Assembly (NCBI RefSeq): GCF_032444005.1
Contig: NC_091283.1
Coordinates: forward strand, 743,690,001 to 743,754,000
Reading direction: 5' to 3'
Source of the DNA: Ranitomeya imitator
Taxonomy: Eukaryota
Length of the DNA stretch: 64,000 nt
The position numbers were made by a program, and so were the translations under genes. The notes below the pieces were generated by a model, which saw only the letters and a list, made by a program, of their open reading frames with translations, was not told where the DNA came from and searched no databases. Positions 61,301 through 64,000 of the stretch are shown one piece after another. The stretch's first letter is position 1. Each line of letters opens with the position of its first letter.

Positions 61301-62479
61301 TTGCCCTTGCCGGTCCCGAAGAGGCCTTGGACACATATCTCTATGGATTTTATTTCTGACCTTCCCTTTTCTCAAAAGATGTCAGTCATTTGGGTGGTCT
61401 GTGATCGCTTTTCTAAGATGGTCCATCTGGTACCCTTGTCTAAATTGCCTTCCTCCTCTGATTTGGTGCCTTTGTTCTTCCAGCATGTGGTTCATTTGCA
61501 TGGCATTCCAGAGAATATTGTTTCTGATAGAGGTTCCCAGTTTGTTTCGAGGTTTTGGCGAGCCTTTTGTGGTAGGATGGGCATTGACTTGTCTTTTTCC
61601 TCGGCTTTCCATCCTCAGACTAATGGCCAGACCGAACGAACCAATCAGACCTTGGAAACATATCTGAGATGCTTTGTTTCTGCTGATCAGGATGACTGGG
61701 TGTCCTTTTTGCCTTTGGCTGAGTTCGCCCTTAATAATCGGGCCAGCTCAGCTACCTTGGTTTCGCCGTTTTTCTTCAATTCTGGGTTCCATCCTCGTTT
61801 CTCTTCAGGACAGGTTGAGTCTTCGGACTGTCCTGGTGTGGATACTGTGGTGGACAGGTTGCAGCAGATTTGGACTCATGTAGTGGACAATTTGACCTTG
61901 TCCCAGGAGAAGGCTCAACTTTTCGCTAATCGCAGACGCCGTGTGGGTCCCCGACTTCGTGTTGGGGATCTGGTTTGGTTATCTTCTCGTCATATTCCTA
62001 TGAAGGTTTCCTCTCCTAAGTTTAAACCTCGTTTTATTGGTCCGTATAGGATTTCTGAGGTTCTTAATCCTGTGTCTTTTCGTCTGACCCTTCCAGATTC
62101 TTTTTCCATACATAACGTATTCCATAGGTCATTGTTGCGGAGATACGTGGCACCTATGGTCCCATCTGTTGAGCCTCCTGCCCCGGTTTTGGTGGAGGGG
62201 GAATTGGAGTATATTGTGGAGAAGATTTTGGATTCTCGTGTTTCAAGACGGAAACTCCAGTATCTGGTTAAATGGAAGGGTTATGCTCAGGAAGATAATT
62301 CCTGGGTTTTTGCCTCTGATGTCCATGCTCCCGATCTTGTTCGTGCCTTTCATGTGGATCATCCTGGTCGGCCTGGGGGCTCTGGTGAGGGTTCGGTGAC
62401 CCCTCCTCAAGGGGGGGGGTACTGTTGTGAATTCTGTGGCAGAGTTCACTCCTGTGGTCACAAGTGGTACTTCGGCTGA
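58361..62479 (+). CDS. Gag-Pol polyprotein (capsid, CCHC knuckle, protease, RT, RNase H, integrase, chromodomain); frame open from 58247, likely start MDIK at 58361
   Basis: CFYCGDSTHAISDC; AFVDSGA; YLDDILIFS; VDAS; TDHKNL; H..H/CGIC zinc finger; SMDFI, SDRGSQF, GQTERTN; IGPY; EYIVEKILDSR...QYLVKWKGY..EDNSW; the stop lies inside the 3' LTR. Confidence 0.95.
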   Translation: MDIKGLSSCVNQLTARVQDIQNFVVQNSLLEPRIPIPDLFFGDRTKFLSFKNNCKLFLALKPRSSGDPAQQVRIVISFLRGDPQDWAFSLASGDPALSDIDAFFLALGLLYDEPNSVDQAEKNLLALCQAQDEIELYCQKFRKWSVLTQWNESALAVIFRKGLSEAIKDVMVGFPMPAGLNESMSLAIQIGRRLRERKSVYHLAVLPEIKPEPMQCDRTMTRVERQEHRRLNGLCFYCGDSTHAISDCPKRTKRFARSAAIGTVQSKFLLSVTLICSLSSYSVMAFVDSGAALNLMDLDYAKRCGFLLEPLQCPIPLRRIDATPLAKNKPQYWTQLTMCMAPAHQEDIRFLVLHNRHDVVVLGLPWLQAHNPVLDWNSMLVSSWGCQGVHGDVPFLSISSSTPSEVPEFLSDYRDVFDEPKSDALPPHRDCDCAINLIPGSKFPKGRLFNLSVPEHTAMRSYVKESLEKGHIRPSSSPLGAGFFFVAKKDGSLRPCIDYCLLNKITVKFQYPLPLLSDLFALIKGASWFTKIDLRGAYNLVRIRQGDEWKTAFNTPEGLFEYLVMPFGLANAPSVFQSFMHDIFREYLDKFLIVYLDDILIFSDDWESHVKQVRTVFQVLRANSLFVKGSKCLFGVEKLSFLGFIFSPSTIEMDPVKVQAIHDWTQPTSLKSLQKFLGFANFYRRFICNFSSVAKPLTDLTKKGADLVNWSSAAVEAFQELKRRFSSAHVLCQPDVSLPFQVEVDASEIGAGAVLSQRGSGCSVFKPCTFFSRKFSPAERNYDVGNRELLAMKWAFEEWRHWLEGAKHRVVVLTDHKNLTYLESAKRLNPRQARWSLFFARFDFVISYLPGSKNVKADALSRSFVPDSPGLSEPAGILKEGVIVSAISPDLRRVLQKFQANKPDRCPAEKLFVPDRWTNRVISELHCSVLAGHPGIFGTRELVARSFWWPSLSRDVRTFVQSCGICARAKPCCSRASGLLLPLPVPKRPWTHISMDFISDLPFSQKMSVIWVVCDRFSKMVHLVPLSKLPSSSDLVPLFFQHVVHLHGIPENIVSDRGSQFVSRFWRAFCGRMGIDLSFSSAFHPQTNGQTERTNQTLETYLRCFVSADQDDWVSFLPLAEFALNNRASSATLVSPFFFNSGFHPRFSSGQVESSDCPGVDTVVDRLQQIWTHVVDNLTLSQEKAQLFANRRRRVGPRLRVGDLVWLSSRHIPMKVSSPKFKPRFIGPYRISEVLNPVSFRLTLPDSFSIHNVFHRSLLRRYVAPMVPSVEPPAPVLVEGELEYIVEKILDSRVSRRKLQYLVKWKGYAQEDNSWVFASDVHAPDLVRAFHVDHPGRPGGSGEGSVTPPQGGGYCCEFCGRVHSCGHKWYFG
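62409..62419 (+). promoter_or_regulatory. Polypurine tract (plus-strand primer)
   Basis: AAGGGGGGGGG three bases upstream of the 3' LTR. Confidence 0.9.
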
Positions 62480-63225
62480 TTCTCTCTGGGAGCTTCCGTT
62501 TGTGGAGGAAAGTGGTACTGCAGCTTCTGAGTTTCCTCCCTCAGGTGATCTGGTGAGGTCGTTAGCTGCTTCTCTACTTAACTCCACCTGATGCTGTGAT
62601 CCATGCTTCCTGTCAATGTTCCAGTGTTGGACTTGTGTTTCTCTGGATCATTCCTGTGGCCTGCTGCTCTGCATAGCTAAGTGCTTCTTTGCTATTTGTT
62701 GCTATTTTTTCTGTCCAGCTTGTCTATTTGTTTTGCTGGAAGCTCTGGGACGCAAAGGGTGTACCTCCGTGCCGTTAGTTCGGTACGGAGGGTCTTTTTG
62801 CCCCCTTTGCGTGGTTTTCTTTAGGGTTTTGTGTAGACCGCAAAGTTATCTTTCCTATCCTCGTTCTGTCTAGAATATCGGGCCTCACTTTGCTGAATCT
62901 ATTTCATCCCTACGTTTGTCTTTTCATCTTACTCACAGTCATTATATGTGGGGGGCTGCCTTTTCCTTTGGGGTATTTCTCTGAGGCAAGGTAGGCTTAT
63001 TTTTCTATCTTCAGGCTAGTTAGTTTCTCAGGCTGTGCCGAGTTGCATAGGGAGCGTTAGGCGCAATCCACAGCTGCCTCTAGTTGTGTTTGGAGAGGAT
63101 CAGGAATTGCGGTCTACAGAGTTTCCACGTCTCAGAGCTCGTTCTATTATTTTGGGTTATTGTCAGATCACTGTATGTGCTCTGATCGCTATGTACATTG
63201 TGTTACTGAATTGCCTATCATAACA
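62423..63225 (+). repeat. 3' LTR
   Basis: As above; preceded by the polypurine tract. Confidence 0.97.
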
Positions 63226-63449
63226 GACCTCCAGGTTAATAACACAATATTTAACATTACTATGAAGCTTAACAGGAGCACCATGTGACTACATATAAAT
63301 AACGAAAAATAAGTGTGCACACCCACACGTGAAGGGAGGGAATGTATGGGTGCCGTCATGGGCTTTGAGAAATCCCATTACCGTTAAGTAACTATGTCTT
63401 TCTCCTTCCCCTATGATGGCACCATGGAGAGAATTGCAGAGGAAAGTAT

Positions 63450-64000
63450 CATTAGGGAGGGACCACCGCTTCCAGAACCTTTCTACCAAAAGTAAGGTCT
63501 GAATAAGAGGCTAGGTCCAGCCGATAGTGATTAAAGAATGTAGAAGGGGGAAGACCACGTATTATCTCTACATATCTGATCTATTAAGGGACCTGCTCTT
63601 TCCGCTCAGGAGGCTGCCACTCCTTTCGTCGAATGAGCTTTCAGTTTCTCTTGGGCGGCGTCTCCACATGAGTTGTATGACAGAGTGATAGCGCCTCTTA
63701 TCCATCTTGTCAACATGCCTTTAGAATCTTTTTGCCCCTTCAGAGGTCTCAAAAGCACACAAAGAGCTCTATCCTTCTTGCACTCTTGTGTGTCCGCTAA
63801 GTATTGGATTAGGCACCTTCTAACATCTAGTGTATGCAAGTCCCTTTCTCCCTTGTTCTTGTGGTTTGGGAAAAAAGAAGGGAGGGAGATCTCCTGAGAT
63901 CTATGGAATCGTGACACCACTTTTGGTAGGCAAGTTGGGTCGGTTTTAAGAATAACTCTATCCTCCAAGATTTGTGTGAAGGGAGGGCCTGCAGATAATG
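63450..64000 (-). pseudogene. DIRS tyrosine recombinase C-terminal part, frameshifted; the H-S-T-R motif reads AHST-K
   Basis: Six-frame track plus manual reading of the adjacent frame. Confidence 0.75.

Larger units (their letters stand above)
57422..63225 (+). mobile_element. Full-length Ty3/Gypsy chromovirus of the Tf1/sushi group
   Basis: Two 803-bp LTRs (TG...CA), 6-bp TSD GACCTC (57416-57421, 63226-63231), PPT, single gag-pol ORF with chromodomain. Confidence 0.97.
57262..64000 (-). mobile_element. DIRS1-type tyrosine-recombinase retrotransposon 3' portion (57262-57421 + 63232 to window end), split by the Gypsy
   Basis: ORF 63606-63968: PKVVSRFH..QEISLPSF, LHTLDVRRCL..YL, RWIR.AI, LKAHST; downstream TWSSPSTFFNHYRLD-like sequence; assignment of 57262-57421 rests on rejoining across the Gypsy TSD. 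Confidence 0.75.

Noticed and set aside
58247-62479. Domesticated PEG10/RTL1-like host gene
   Set aside because: Near-identical LTRs, TSD, PPT and a complete integrase show a recent retrotransposon copy

Overview
Eukaryotic, almost wholly repeat-derived DNA, with one N-gap at 55718-55851. The element mix (CR1, L2, Rex1, V-SINE, Penelope-like pieces, DIRS, Tf1/sushi chromovirus, Tc1, pogo, hAT, Harbinger MITEs, Helitrons, TTAA elements with ~390-bp internal repeats) points to a vertebrate, most likely a frog (inference). No host gene is securely recognisable; one weak candidate terminal exon lies at ~10.3-10.6 kb. Two elements keep open reading frames: a 1,606-bp IR/DR Tc1 transposon (340-aa DD34E transposase, 33263-34868) and a full-length 5.8-kb chromodomain Gypsy element (57422-63225; 803-bp LTRs with 4 differences; 6-bp TSD). 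That Gypsy has no tRNA primer-binding site but shows a Tf1-type self-priming signature. A 15.7-kb hAT element (19688-35348), defined by its TIRs and a 7/8 TSD, contains at least eight later insertions. Two short TSD-flanked Penelope-like inserts carry internal inversions, and one has a hammerhead-like core. I found no clear novel multi-gene system; the best leads concern the RNA structure and mobility of these elements. All alignments were done by eye, so boundaries described as approximate may be off by tens of bases.
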